Under the pieces are notes generated by a model, which saw only the letters and a program-made list of their open reading frames with translations, did no database searches and was not told the DNA's origin. Below are positions 35,649 through 53,207 of a stretch of 64,000 nt of DNA, one piece after another (the first letter of the stretch is position 1; each line of letters starts with the position of its first letter). The DNA comes from the human T2T-CHM13v2.0 reference genome, Homo sapiens: NCBI RefSeq assembly GCF_009914755.1, contig NC_060935.1; one strand, given 5' to 3'. Position numbers and translations under genes: made by a program.

Positions 35649-37259
35649 ACCTTATCTAGATAATGAAAGTTTTCTATTTGCCTTTGTATACATTTGTGAT
35701 CTTAATTAAGGCAGGTTTATCATAACATGTGCCTGGAATGTCAGACCATAGTATAGTCTCCCAATAACATGACTGCTATTTCTCTCTCTCCAAATATTCT
35801 CTCTTGTGCTTTCATTTTCTGGTTCATAAATTTCCATATAACCATGCCCTCCAGGAAGATTTCCCTGATCTCCAAGAGTTAACCAAACTGCCATCTGCAC
35901 TACTGTTCTCTACTATACAGAGTTTTACAGTTTCCATTCTCATCTTCAAAGTAATATGTTGATTTCCCTGTCTGTTTTCCACCAGATTTCTCCACGGAAA
36001 GGAAAACCAGTGTCTTAATTGAGTCAGCATCTCCAAGGCACATGATTGGCATATAATTATCATACATAGTGAAGGCCTACTATACCTTCTTGACAAACAA
36101 TGCTATCCTTCAAATCTTGTAATGCTTTCATTTCTTTAAAATAAAGTATCCCCTCCCATACTATATTGAGTATAAATTTCTATCACCATTAGCTTTGACA
36201 TTAACTAATCACATATACAAAGCCAATTAAATATAAAATTAAGAAATAATGATACCTCTTTTAAAAAGGACTAGCACTTACCCTAAAGATACTTTGACAC
36301 ACAAAAAAACACTAGATCGCTAGGGAAACTTTAAAAACACAAACACACACACACACACATCCATGCAGCCACAACTGACTAGTCATTAATAAGAAGATTC
36401 ATTTTAAAAGTGATTCTATGCTTTTAAATACATTTTATCGTGCAGGAAGGAGCAAATGTTTAAAATAAAAATTAAAAAATTTTAAACTAGCAAGTGTTCA
36501 TATTGATAAATTTTTTTTAAAATGAGGAAATTAGACAAATAAAGTATATAAAGAAACTTTTCTCTGTAGTTAGTTGCCAAAAGAAAAAATAAAAGACACA
36601 TCAATTTAGATTTGGAAGTTTACCCTTTAACTCTACTTGGCTCCATTTATCACTGTTAGAAAAAAAATCGTTTTGTCAGTTTTTAGCATCTTAAAAATCA
36701 GATTTGTCAGTAACAAAGTCTCTTGCTTATTTCTGACATTGTGCTAAAGCTAAGTGTGAGAGGAAAATATAGCTACTGAAGGCAGAACCCCCAAAATTAC
36801 AAGAATTACTGAGGGGAACTGTGAACACATGGTAAATAATATAGTTACATGTTATATTTAAACAAAGTTTAAGGAACGCACTCGGGTGAGATTATGTGCT
36901 CTAAGTGGCTCTTTCTGACACAACAGAGGCCCACACACTTGTGTGAGTTCTGTCGCACTTGGTAACCTCAATTAAAACCTGCAAACAGGAAAGACCCTAA
37001 GTCCCACGTTCAGAAAGGATGCTTGTTTTTGGAGATCTTTAATCTCAACTGTCAGCGCCTGACTGAAATAAACAAAACACCTTTGCTAAGGAAACAAATG
37101 TGTTAAAGGGATTTTACTAGATTAATCAAAACAAATTAAAATGCCTTTGTTGATAGAAAATGGCAGGATTGAAGAACAGCATCAAGTGACTGCTGCTCAA
37201 GTGACAAAGGCACTGAACAGCTATTTTAGGTTTGCCATAGTGTGCTCAATAGCTGTTTA

Positions 37260-37457
<198 letters not shown>

Positions 37458-38129
37458 TTAAAGAAAATTTAAAACATTTTTGGGGAAACAAATATAAATG
37501 TTATTAAGAAGAAAGGGAAAATTAGATATTCCTCCAAGTTCTTAAAAGTAGGAAACATTTATTGCTTGAGAGAGATAGGCTTTTTGATGTTCCATGAGGT
37601 CTCTGCAATCTCTTAAGCTCCATAAAACTGAGAGGCAAAGAAGTTGTCAAGAACCAAAACTTAAACTTCAGATTCAACATCAATCATCTGAAGCACAAAA
37701 ATGCCCTATCAAATCAAAAAAAAAAAAACTAAAGCAAAAAGAAGCCTTTGGGGAAAATAATGGGAGTCACATAAGAACGCCACAGAAATCACATATGTCT
37801 TTCTTTTTTTTATAGAAATGACAACTTTCCTTTCCACTGCCCATTTATTTGAAAAAAAGAGAACAGTAATTTAAAATACTCAACCTTTTAAAGTAACGTA
37901 AGTGATTTGTGTTTTGTCTTGGTCCCTTTGTTGCTCCTTTTTAAAATTCATTGTAGTATGTTGTCAGTCCTTTCTTCCTTTTTACATTTTCCATCAAACA
38001 TTTTTAAAAGTAATAATGATTACATACACTCATTATAAAACAAAAGACCAAAGGCTTTCCTCTTCCCAATCTCCTCCATCTCAATCCCCAGAGGAACACT
38101 GTTCTCTGCTTATTGTATATCTTTCTACA

Positions 38130-38791
<662 letters not shown>

Positions 38792-40162
38792 TCAGTTACA
38801 AGGGTAATAGCTATAAGTCAACCTCTTGAGAAAGGTCAGCCTAAGCCCCACAATTATTTAAAGATGATTTATTTTAAAAGGTAAGGTCAAGAAATTTATT
38901 CAGCCCATCAGGATAGGAAGGAAGCTGAGGTTAGACACCTGTGAGCTCACAGATATAGGTCTTCAGGCAGCACCAGGAAGCTTTCATAAGTTTGCTTGTG
39001 GGGCAGAAGGTAGGCGTTGTTCAACATAATTTAGGCTGATAAATTTCAACAGGTCTGCTCCTGTTGACCTAATTTCATTATGTGAGCAGCTGATGCCAGG
39101 GAAGAGCTCTAACGCTGTAGTTTTAACCACACATGTTAATATCACAACATGTTTTCTTTTCCATAAAACTAAGAGGCTACGAAAGCTTGCCCATAGAGCC
39201 TTGGGTGTACTTTCTCCACTTTTACACATGGTCCTATGTCTGGGCCAGTAACCATTTACTGCAGACTAACAGCAGCAAAATAACCAAGTGGGTGGCCACG
39301 TCCTTCAGAACTAAGAGATGGCTGTTCTGGCAGAAAGCAGCAAGTAGAGTTGGGCCTATGCAGAGGCAAAGTTCTCGGCTGCCAACACATTGTAATTTGA
39401 GAAGCATCCCGAAGCCCCACCTCTCCCAAAATATCTCTTTCACCAGCCTGCTAAGGCAAGGTCCTCTCCTCCTATCCCGCTTGAAATTCCAGCCATCAGA
39501 TTTACTGCTTTTGTAGTTATGCTAGGGAATCATTTTGATGATGGCATGAAATATGCATGTTTCTTGGGAAGACCAAAAAAAAAAAAAACTAAAATAGAAA
39601 TCTCTCCTATTGGAGAGATCTGGTCACTTGATCTGGTCTCTTGATTATCAAAATAATTACTACCTTGGAAAACTAAGTCTACAATCCTATTAGAATAGAA
39701 AAGAGGTAGGTTTTGATTGATCCAAGAAGCAGTCCTTTGCCATAACAATTTATAACATGATCACAGAAACTAGTATTCAAATAATGCTATTAAAAAAATG
39801 TTATATTCATCTCTAACTTTTCACCTCTCTAAATTCTCTTCTTTTTGAGTTTCCCATCCTGTGTTAGAACTCTGAACTAAATAAAATAAATTCTCATCAT
39901 CTTCTGAATTAACATTTTGTGTAGTTGTTGCTAAGAATGGCATCAAATTTTAAAGAACAAATTAAAAAGACCTACCTGGGTAAGGAAAACGTACTAGTAA
40001 ATGGCCAGGGGAAACTTGAGGATACTAAGTGCTGAGCGCGTAAACAGAAGGGTAGGAAAGATAGCAGGATTAACATAGAAACAAAAAAAGTCACAGATGT
40101 TCACCCACCCACATTTCTTCAAAGGGAGCCATACATACAATATTCTGGGTTCTTTGCAGCTA

Positions 40163-40324
<162 letters not shown>

Positions 40325-40849
40325 TTACTCTGATGCATTATTAAAAGCAGTTTACTAAGAAAAATTAGGTTCACTTTAAAACATTACGTTCCATAAAATA
40401 TAAGCTGCCAGTATTCTGTTTACAGAATGTCAATGAGGAAAATTAATTTACTCTTTTTAAAAAGATAGGAAATGGATTCCTAGCAAGTTGGTCTCAAAGG
40501 AACAGACTCCAAAAGCTAATGGGTCTTCTGCCATTTCTTCAATTGCTTATACGGTAAAATCCTATGAAAAAATACTTTATTACTCCATAGATGTCGTTAC
40601 GGTCTGGGTCAAATCATGTTTCAGTGCAGAGTGGTATACAGGGTCTCTCATTAAGACAAGAAGCTTTAAATAAAATAAAAAATTTTTAAAAAGGCAAGAA
40701 GCTTGTATCATAAATACATGGTGTCTTACTAAGGTTCTATGAGAACTTTCACAGGGGCTTTACACATCTCACCAGATGCTTGTAGAACTCAATAATAATA
40801 ATAATAGTAGCAGTGATGGTGGTGGCAGCAGCAGTAGCAGCATCTACCA

Positions 40850-41080
40850 TATACGAAATGTTTACTATGGGCCAGGCATAACTCTTAGTGGTTTGGAAGT
40901 ACTAACTCATTTAAACCTCCTAACACCCACCTTATCATTAACCTTGCTTTAGAAATACAGAAACTGAGGCACACAGAGATTAAGTAATTAACCCAAGATT
41001 AAGTAATTTACACCTAGTATGTGGCAGGTGCAGGATTGAAGCCTAGGTAGCTTGGCTTTAGAATCAAATTCTTAATAAGA
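40850..41080 (-). mobile_element. MIR
   Basis: ctcatttaaacctcctaac...agaaactgaggcacacagagattaagtaa. Confidence 0.75.
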
Positions 41081-42307
41081 ATGTTATAAGAATCTGAAGA
41101 TCTTTCTTTAGCATACATGCACTGCATCATAAAACATATCTTTCCAATGTGCCCCCTTTTAATAAGATACTCATCAGCAAATACATTTTAATGAAGAATG
41201 AACGATGAAGGACTTTTAAAAATTTACTAAATCTAAACTTCCTCAGTGAAATACTTAAAATATTTGTGTTGCTCCAAAATATGTCTATATCTCAGTTTCA
41301 ATTATGTAATCAGTATGGAAGCAATACTGGTTAGATGAAGAACCTAGACTAGTCAAACTCTAGTCCTCTCCAAATCTTAACATTCTAAGATTCTATGCAC
41401 CAGAGAGGTAAAGGGAACATATACAGTACTTACTGAGGAAAAAATCAGGAAAACAAAATTACAAAAGTAAAAATGTTTAGCTCAGAGAAATAAAGACTGT
41501 TTGGAGCCATACGTGGCAGATTATTCAGATGTATAAATGGCTGGCATAAAAGTAACTTTATCTGAAGCTGTTTCAGGTGTTAAAATGAGGACCCACGGGA
41601 GAAAGGCACAGGGAGATAAATTTCAGCTGTACTCAAAGAGCATTCAAGCCATGCCTAACGAGGGAGTGTGATGAAAGGAGCTGGGTGTGGCTGGAGCTAC
41701 AAGGATTAATCAGACACAGCCTCAACTTCAAGGAGATCACAGTCTAAAAAGGAAAAAAGATGTGTGGAACTGAAAACAATGCAGCATTGGAAGTACAAGC
41801 AATGGAGCTATGTACCAGGTATAACAACAGACAGAGGATGGTGAATGACCTTCACCTACAGGAGAAGAGGTAGAAAAAGTCTGGGAAAGACTTGACAAAG
41901 AAAGCAGAATTTCACTACAGAGAGAACTGGGATAGGCAGAGAAGAAGGTAGAGAATTTAATGAGGATCTCACCAGCTGCTTGGTTTCCTGTAAGAAGTCT
42001 TGGATAATATAACCCTTGACCACCTGCATTTCTACTTCTCCTCATTACTGCACCAGATCACATACAAGACCTTAACTCCACAACTGGTCTAGCATCTGCT
42101 CCTGCTTCTCTCAGGACAGCTCCCAAAACAACAACAAAAAAAATCATGGTACACAATGTCTCTTCCTAGAACAAATAGCTTGGTCTTAATAGTCATTATT
42201 AATAAAATCTTACATGTGAATGGCACCTTGTAATGTACAGAATGCTTTCATAAATATAACAAGCTTAGAAACTTGCAGATATATCCCCATAGCAGAGCTG
42301 CCAAACA

Positions 42308-42570
42308 GCTGTAATCCCAGCACTTTCGGAGGCCAAGGAGGGCAGACTGATTGAGTCCAGGAGTTCAAGACCAGCATGGGCAATATGGTGAAACCCCATC
42401 TCTACTAAAAAACTTTTTAAAAATTAGCCGAGCATGGTAGCATGTGTCTGTAGTCCCAGCTACTCAGGAGGCTGAGGTGGAAGGACAGTTTGATCCCGGG
42501 AGCTGAAGTTGCAGTGAGCTATGATCGTGCCAGCAACAGAATGAGACCCTGTCTCAAAAGAAAAAAAAAG
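42308..42570 (+). mobile_element. Alu (truncated, internally deleted)
   Basis: ctgtaatcccagcacttt...gagaccctgtctcaaaa. Confidence 0.88.
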
Positions 42571-43004
42571 AACTTCCAAACAAGTGTGTTGGAAATGGGT
42601 TACAAGCAACAATGGATCACCTCCAATCTCAACTTTCTGTGCATGCCATGATGTGCAAAAGGTGGGAAGAACTGCTAGGATTTATTTACCTTAATAACAG
42701 AGGGCATCAACTGTCTAAGGCCTGTGCCTGAAATCTTCCACCTCTGCCCACCCCCTACTAATTGATGGCATGTACAATGTAACCGGGGAAAAGCGGGTGA
42801 CCTTCAGGTTAACTTATGAAATTTGTGCATTCTTTCACCTCCAAGAGATCACAGGGAGTCATATAGTGGGGCCTCCCTGATTCACAAGGCACTCACTCTA
42901 AATTTCATTTGCATTCTGAAGCAATAGGATCTTCATAATGGTAAACAGAGATTGTGTGGCTCCCAGTCAGCCACACAATCACGTGGGTAGATAACAATAG
43001 AGTG

Positions 43005-43091
43005 AATTAAATGCATTTCTGACTTACCATATTTTCAACTTATAATGGGTTTATTGGGACGTAACCCATCATAAGTCAAGAAATATCTGTA
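43005..43091 (-). mobile_element. Tigger5/MER47-type terminal fragment
   Basis: Reverse match to the element start seen at 63297 (aaatgcattt...ttcaacttataatgggtttattgggacgtaaccc). Confidence 0.7.
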
Positions 43092-43092
43092 C

Positions 43093-43315
43093 TAGCAATA
43101 ATGCCTTTTGTTGGCTATAATTAACAATAATTTATTACATATTTCAAAATGGCTGAAGGAGATTTGAAATGTCACCAACAGAAAGACATGATAAATGTTT
43201 GGGGTAATGGATATCCTAATTACCCTGATTTGATCATTACATGTTGTATCCATGCAGCAAAATATCAAATGTACCCCATAAATATGTACTATAATAAATA
43301 AATACATACATACAT
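43093..43315 (+). mobile_element. L1 3' end (L1MA/MB-like)
   Basis: atgataaatgtttggggtaatggatatcctaattaccctgatttgatcattacat...gtaccccataaatatgtac plus A-rich tail. Confidence 0.85.
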
Positions 43316-43482
43316 GAATTTTACAAACAAATGTACTTCATCTTTTCAGGAAAAATTGCATTGAATATAATCTGTTCTTAGAAGGCACGTACAAAGAAGT
43401 TTTAATAGATTAAAACATCAAACTCCTGTCTACTCTTCAGTGAGAGTTCAGATTCCAGAAGACATTGAAAAGTGAAGCTTTG

Positions 43483-43790
43483 GGCCAGGCACGGTGGTTC
43501 ACGCCTGTAATTCCAGCACTTTGGGAGTTAAAGGCAGGCGGATGGCTTGAGGCGAGGAGTTCAAGACCAGCCTGGGCAACAAAGTGAGACCTCATCTCTA
43601 CAAAAAATAAAAAAATTAGCCAGGTGTGGTAGTGTGTGCCTGTAGTCCCAGTTACTCAGGAAGCTGAGACAGAAGGATTGCATGAGCCTAGCAAGGGTGA
43701 AGTGAGCCGTGATCACGCCACTGCATTGCAATCTGTGCAACAGAATGAGACACTTTCTCCAAAACAAAAAAACAAAACAAAACAAAAAAA
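43483..43790 (+). mobile_element. Alu (AluJ-like)
   Basis: Full Alu; TSD aaagtgaagcttt. Confidence 0.92.
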
Positions 43791-46529
43791 CCAAAGTGAA
43801 GCTTTATTTAGCAGTTGAATATAGTACTGAAAGCAAGGACTCTGAAGACAAGCTACTTAGATTCAAAATCTTGGAACTATCCCTTAATATATAACCTAGA
43901 ACAGGTTACTTAATTTTCCAATGGCTCCCTATCTGTAAAATGTGGGCAACAATGGAACCTACTTTAAAGTGATTTTGGGGATTAACAAAGCTAATACATG
44001 CAACCTGATTAATATAATGCCTGGCACAGTAAACAGGCAATATATGTTAATTACAGGTAGTGCTGTTGTTATTTTATTTTCTTCTGGAATCAAGCCTTCA
44101 ACTTTAGGCATTCCTTGGCAAGGATTAGATTTGCTTCACTAAGCAACATAATCCTGGATCTGAAACACATCAATTCCTTATTCAAGGGACAAATTGAGGG
44201 ACCAAGAAGCAAAATAGCTAACAATTTGTGGGCAGCATTCAGAACCAACTGGCTGCCGCCAGCTGATGTGGGAAGAACATGGAAAGAACAGAGCTGGAAA
44301 AAAAATAAACGCATTCCATTCAGGAAAGTCACAGTGAGCCATAGGATGGAACCCACAGCAAGACCCGACCCTGAGGGCTGTGGCAGAGAGACACTGGTCT
44401 ACTTCTTCACAGCAGGCCAGGCTCCCCTTGCCAACCCTACCTACTAGCTAACACCTGAGAGGAGAGAACTTACTGTTGCTTGGCAATGGCATAACTGCCT
44501 GATAAGACCACTTAACAGGGAAAGGAACTCAGCTCCTACCTTAGCTGCAAACTGGAAAGTGGGAGTTTTCTAAAAAGCAGAAAAATAAAGTTGGAACAGA
44601 GAAACTGCCAAGTCAGACAGCAGGTGGCTGGCACACAGGTATGATTGTTTTGAGAATATCTAAACAGATAAATGAGTATGAGTTTCACAGCTACAGATTA
44701 CTGAAGACTATATAATAAAGGTTTTGGTGTAAAGTACACACCAGTTGCTTGAAAAACTGAATGTGTCCACAACAAAGGTAAATCAGTAGGTAAAGAAAAG
44801 ATAAACTCTCAAAGAATGTTATTATATTGGGGTTGAAAATCTATAAATCTCCTAATTGTACTTACATATGAAAATTATAACAAAGCAGAAAACTTCCAAC
44901 ATGTTACCAAGAGACCATATATTTCCTAAGTTTGCCTGTTCTACACAGAATTCTTTTATCTTCCAAAGAGCATGATTTTGTAAATTGACATTCTAATATT
45001 AATTAAACATGACACTGTATCAAGTATGCTACTAAAGAGATAACAGATTGTGAGAGTCCTTAATTTCCCTACTCAAGACATTCCCATTCAACAAATTCTT
45101 CTGTTTCAATTGGCATGTGGTAGGAAAAAAATTAAATTTAGATCATGCCAAATTTAAAGTCATAGTTCTTTATTATTCATTCTATGAGAGGAAAAATTAC
45201 TATTTCTCCCTTTTAATTCTCACTTCTAAAAAACACAGTTCTTTTTAACTCAACTCACTTTTGTAAGCACAATAATGTTCATAGTGAATGAAGCTGAAAA
45301 AAATAGTGGTTTCTTCACAACAGGCAATAAATTCACTTGCATATTCTGACACCATATTTGTAAGCAAGATACGGCAACAGAGTAAAAGACAATGAACTAA
45401 GGGACAGTTCAGCATTAAGATCAAAACAAACCACCCTTCCCCATCAGAAATAAATGCCCTATAGCAGATAGTACGGATTCAGGGATATGCCAGGACAAAT
45501 GGACAGTTCAAGAAAGAACTACGTAGGAGGGAAATGCAAAGATCACAAGGGCTCAAATTCTTCCAAGACGAGAAAGAGGATCTCCTTACACTGGTATGCA
45601 GATGAACATACAGTAATTTCAAAGAATATAGTGAGCAGACTGCATGCTTTTTAGAAGGAAAGAGAAAACATTACAGTTTGAAGAAAAGCTTATTTTTTTA
45701 AAAAATTTGTTTTAAGGAAAGAGCTCTATTTCTTTTAGAAATGTCTTTAGAATTTAGGCAGATATCAAACATTTTGTCATTGTAAGCTTTTTTCAATGGG
45801 GTTATGTTTTTATACTAACTTCTGTAGCAAAATTTTTATTCTCTATTTTTATGACAAAGCTTATCTACTCTAGAACATTCTCGGCTCAGCTCTACAACTA
45901 TTTTATGATCTAGATCTGTACAGTGTAATACAGTAGGCACCAGCCACGTGTAACTATCCAGACTGATGCGCTATAAATGTAAAATATATACCAGATTTCA
46001 AAGATAGTAATATAAAAAAGAATTAAACTATCTCCCTGATACATTTTTATATTGATTACATGTGGAAATTATAATATTTTAGATATATTAGGCTAAACAA
46101 AAGATATTAAAACTAATTTCACCACTTTTTACTTTTTTAATATGATTATTTAAAAATTGTAAATAATATATGTGCCCTCTTTCTCTTGGACGGCACTGAT
46201 CTACATAATGCCAACAGGCTACATAATTAATCTACCAGTTAAAGGACGTATTTCTTGAAAATGACTTCTGAAATCATTGACTTGATATTGAGAATTGCCA
46301 ACTGTCTATCTCACAGAAACCTGGCCCAAGTTACAAGGCTCTCAATGCTCAAACATTGCCTTGGGAGAAAATCTCAAATAAGGTCTCAAAAGTTATATTC
46401 TAGGAGCTCAATTTAATTCAATTTTTAAAATGTCTATTGAGCAACTGACTGGTTTACTGTACTGCCCTTGTGTGCAGCCATTCCCAGGAGGGGTTCTCTC
46501 AGAGAATTAAGTCTTACAGCCTTAAGACA

Positions 46530-46897
46530 GCAGTTCCCAAACTGTTTGGTCTCAGGACTCCTTCTCTTAAAAGTTAGGAGAAACTTCAAAGAAGTTTTGA
46601 TTATGTGAGTAATATCTTTCAATATTTGCTTAGAAATCAAATTAAAAATCAGAAATTAAGACAAAAATTTAAAAGACACGTGTATACAACCACACATCTC
46701 CTTGGTCATCAGAGCAATTGCAGCATCATACATAGCATAGTCTCTGGAAATCTCTATTTTATAATTGTGAGAGACTATGAATGAAAAGTGAAAATAATGT
46801 TGTGGCATTTCTTTAAAAATGGTTTTGACCTAGGGAACCCACTGAAACAGTATTGGAGTCTATGACATCCCTGAATCAAACTCTGAGAACAACTGCC
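46530..46897. mobile_element. hAT-Charlie family relic
   Basis: cagcagttcccaaact...ggtctcaggac at the left end and ctctgagaacaactg at the right end. Confidence 0.6.
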
Positions 46898-47280
46898 CTT
46901 AAAGCATCACTGTATGTAATGAATTGACTTCTCTTCAATGCATCTAGAATAGTACCATGTTTGGGAGAACTGAGAAAATAGTCACTCAATTTTCTTTTCT
47001 ATAGGGCATAATGCTTTCACAGGACCCAGCTAAGAATGGCTGGCTAGAAAGGAACTTAAGTACCTTTGGAATCAGCCTTAATGAAAAAACATTTTTATTT
47101 AAAATTTACTAGAAAATAGAATTGTCAACAGAAAACAAATTTAAAAGAACCCCAAACCAACACAAGCTAGGCTCTTGAATGCAACCTGTTACACATTAAA
47201 TGGCCATGATTAATAACGTGCCACATGACCAAGGTCAGGATGTAGGCTGGCCACATTCTTGGGAAGATCCTAACGTCTGC

Positions 47281-47553
<273 letters not shown>

Positions 47554-47839
47554 TGAAGTCTATATTTCAGCTTGAAACAATTAGTCAAATCAAGTACTAA
47601 GGGGCAAAACAGGGATGTATATTTGGAAAGAACAGGTTATTCTATTCATTATACACACCAATCACAACTGTTTCTGGGAAAATATGCAGCTGTCAAGCCT
47701 AAGGAATGGCTGGGATGCAAGGATGCTAGCCAACTCGAGACACAAGGACTCTACATGGCCAGCAAAGGTAAGGGTCAGGCAGCTTTCAATAAACTCCACA
47801 GAAAGTGGTTAACAACTATAATTTAAAATGTATAGCACT

Positions 47840-48150
<311 letters not shown>

Positions 48151-48851
48151 ACAATAAAATGTATAGTGCTTTTTAGGTGAGTGGTTGAACTTTTATTTTT
48201 CTGCCCTCTAGGCTGTACTGAATGGTGACTGTAAAATAGTTCATGCATTTCCAATGTCTGGATAGAGAACAGAAAGTTTACTGAAAGTGGGAAAATAAGT
48301 TGGAAAATGGTATACTGTGCAAAATTAGTAAATGGTATCTGAAGCAAAGGAAATTTTCTGTGATTACTTGAAATTCAAGATATAGAAGAGAAATTTTTAA
48401 AGACAAAAAGAAAATGATTTCTCAGTTCCAGTAATTCCCATCTGGTTGACATTTACCCTCTCAGAAAACAGAAGCCTACGAGTGTCTCCAATATTATGAG
48501 CAACTCTCTCAGGCATACTGACATGATTGTTATTGTTGCAAAGTGCCAACAATGTTTTATAGTTAAATCAACTCTTGTCCTACAGGTTTATCACTTAAAT
48601 GTATTCAACAATTTTTTTTTTTTAAAAAAAAGGAGTGGAGGAAAAGAGAGTTGACAATAAAAATAAAGGTCAATCAGGATTATTTACAAAATATAGATAT
48701 TCAATTTTCTATTTTCAGGTGTTTATTTCAGATTAAACAAATTGCAGAAGTTTAAGAGGGAGATACTTAGAATGGGATTGATGGCTTAATTTTAAGGTTA
48801 AGGAGCTGTTGAAAAGGATGCCTCAAAGCCCTAAAAAAAAGAGAGGGAAGA

Positions 48852-49313
<462 letters not shown>

Positions 49314-49366
49314 TCAAAATGGCAACCAAAGAACACTGTCTAAGAAAGTGGCATAATGACAAAATA

Positions 49367-49625
49367 GGCCGGCCTGGTGGCTCATGCTGTAATCCCAGGA
49401 GTTCGAGACCGGCCTGGGCAACACAGCAAGACCCCCAACTCTACAAAAAATTTTTTAAAAATTATCCAGCCATGATGGCATATGCCTGTAGTCCTAGTAC
49501 TCAGGAGACTGAGGTGGGAAGATCATTTGAGTCCAAGAGCTCAAGGCTATAGTGGGCTGTGATCACGCCACTGCACTCCAGCCTGGGCGAGAGGGAGACC
49601 CCATTTCAAAAAATAAAACAATAAA
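49367..49625 (+). mobile_element. Alu (AluJ-like, left-arm deletion)
   Basis: gtaatccca|ggagttcgagacc junction. Confidence 0.85.
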
Positions 49626-49644
49626 AATAATAAGAATAACAATA

Positions 49645-49864
49645 CAGGTTGAATATCCCTTATCCAAAACGTTATGTTTCATATACACCTTATACACATA
49701 GCTTGAAGGTAATTTTACACAATATTTTAAATAATCTTGTGCATTAAAAACAAGTTTGTATTAAGTGCTTATGCATAGAATTTTCCACATGGTGTCATGT
49801 TGGCACTCAAAGAGTTTAAGATTTGGGGGCATTTTTCGTTTTTGAATTAGGGGTGTTCAACCTA
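49645..49864. mobile_element. Tigger4/MER46-type DNA transposon relic
   Basis: ta-caggttgaatatcccttatccaaaa ... ttaggggtgttcaaccta terminal inverted repeats. Confidence 0.8.
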
Positions 49865-49949
49865 CAACTTATAGAAATATTTTGAAATTTTTAAAAAAGT
49901 AGTTTATTTCCAAAGAAAAATGTCAAAGTTATGGTGGGAAATTAAACTA

Positions 49950-50266
<317 letters not shown>

Positions 50267-51339
50267 TTAGTCCCAGGACAGAAAGACGGGAAATAACTTG
50301 GCAATAGGGCCTAAAATACAAGGTTGTCAGAAGACAAAAAGCTGAATAAATTTTAAGATGAATTTTCTTAATGAGTACATGCTACTCTTTCCTGGAATGC
50401 CAACTCACAGGTAAAAATAACACAGACTCACAGAAGGATTGTACTCTTCCCAAGAACAGCATTTGTCAAGAAGCCTGTGTACTGTTAAGCACATTTAGAT
50501 GTAGAACCTAGAACGCTCCAAGACTTAAGGCTCCAGCTGAAAAGAGAGCTGAACTCAACTGCCGTAACATAATTTTCTTAAACTTCCCCTATGGAGATTT
50601 ATTATATTGGGTATCTTGCTAACCTTACAATGGTAGTGCTGTTCCTGTTGAACAAAATCAGCAACAGTTCATATTTTAAATTGTTTTAAATTATATCAAT
50701 ATGCCCTCAAGGACTAATAACACAGTCTGCGTGAAGTAGCAGGAGCTGAGTGAACCAAGGAAACAGAAAACAGTTGAAAAACTATCCTAAACCCTCATCT
50801 CTTGACATCTCCCAATTATTTGACAATGAAGACTAAGGAAAAACAGGAAGCAATATCCATTTTCAGACTGCATTTCATCCTCCTATTTCTGAAAGTCTCA
50901 CTTGTAATGCATCCTCGGATGTCAGTAGTGTGCTCATTGTTTGTCAAAAGGTGCATCGTTGTGAAATCATGCATTTCTTGTCTGGATGTTTATGATACCA
51001 GACTATCTTCCCTGAGCAGCCTGGAGTAAGAAGCCAGCCTCCCTGTGCCCATCAGGAACATGGCACCAACTACCTTCCAAGGTGTTTTCCGAAGAACAGG
51101 TGCACACTACCAGCGCTGACAGATAATGCCCCTCTGGGATTCCTTCAAAATGGAATGTTTTGTGTGATGGCTTGTGCATTTATTCCAGTTTCAATGAGTT
51201 CCTTATATTTAGTAATCATCACATTTTCAAGTCAAACAAATGTTATTTCCATAATGAATGTTTGCATTTCATGTGATGAATAGTGTAATTTAAGTAACTT
51301 AAATCAATCCCTGGAAGTCTAATAGTAAACATTAATTAA

Positions 51340-51656
<317 letters not shown>

Positions 51657-52224
51657 AAATTTCTGATATTTATTTTAAAGGTGGTAAGCGGACAACTGAT
51701 AAACAACATTGCCATAGAAAAAACTGAGAATGATTCCACTGAAATATAAAATTATTATATAGGTTAAACATAGCCACAACAGATGTCAAAAGACAGCTAC
51801 ATGAAGTATATGCTTAATATAACAGAGTTAACATTTAACAAGATTCTTTGTGTTTTCCTGTAGCAGGATTACAGACATCCTAAATACTGACCTTCTCTGA
51901 TGGTCCTAAATTTGCATTAGAGTACAAGTGTAGAATTTCAAAAAGATGCTAAGGTAGAACCAAGGATTTTATGTAAAGGAAATTGTCGTAACTGTGTATC
52001 AATTCATTAAAGTATTGAGTATAGTTAATAACATTGTGGGTTTTTAAAAATCATTAAAAGCATCCACAATTTAAGTAAAACCCAACTATTATACTATTAG
52101 CCCCTCTTTTATGTCTTATGACAATACTACTTTTAAGCCAATTAACATGACCCCTAATTCATTGCCAATGAGATCCAAAAGAATCTCCAGATATCAGAAA
52201 TAGTTTCATTTAAGATAGACAGAC

Positions 52225-52593
<369 letters not shown>

Positions 52594-52756
52594 TCATAAG
52601 GAATGAGATTTATGAGATGAGAAAATGAAAATGTAGAGAGCTAGAAGGAAGTAAAATGTTAATTGATAATAATGTCATAATAAAACTAATTATCCCTCCA
52701 TATTTAAAAGTCTTTGTGCAACTTTCCTGAGGTCTCTGGGTCACAGGTTTCTTGAT

Positions 52757-52814
52757 AGATCAAGTTGGCATTTTTTGAAACTAAGAGATCAAGTTGGCAT
52801 TTTTTGAAACTAAG
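52757..52814 (+). repeat. Perfect 29-bp tandem duplication
   Basis: agatcaagttggcattttttgaaactaag x2. Confidence 0.95.
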
Positions 52815-53207
52815 TAAAAAAAAATCCCTTCAATGAATCAAATGTACTTTTCTGGGTAGAAAACAGCACAGAATAAGGAGCTCAGAGTGTAGGAAGGATA
52901 TAAAAATGATCATACACAGCAGTAGAAACTTTTTCCTTCTGAACAAAATCACACATAAACCCTAACACATAAGACAGAAAAAAGAGTATCCATCCTGGTT
53001 ACAGACAAAACTTTTTAGAAGCCTAGGGCTCTGCAGAACAGTTTGGAAATCACTGTGACAGCAAAAAGACGAATGCAGTGGGTGCTGAGATTGAGAGTTC
53101 AATTTCCAGCTGTATCTCTAAGATATGTTTGTGACCTTGGGAAAATCACTTTACCCCTCTAATCCTCAATGTTTTCATCTATTACATGACTTGAAAGCAG
53201 AGGTATC

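Noticed and set aside
39133-39516. 127-aa plus-strand ORF between the two upstream exons
   Set aside because: Non-ATG start, no recognisable homology, antisense to SIK3, and length within chance expectation.
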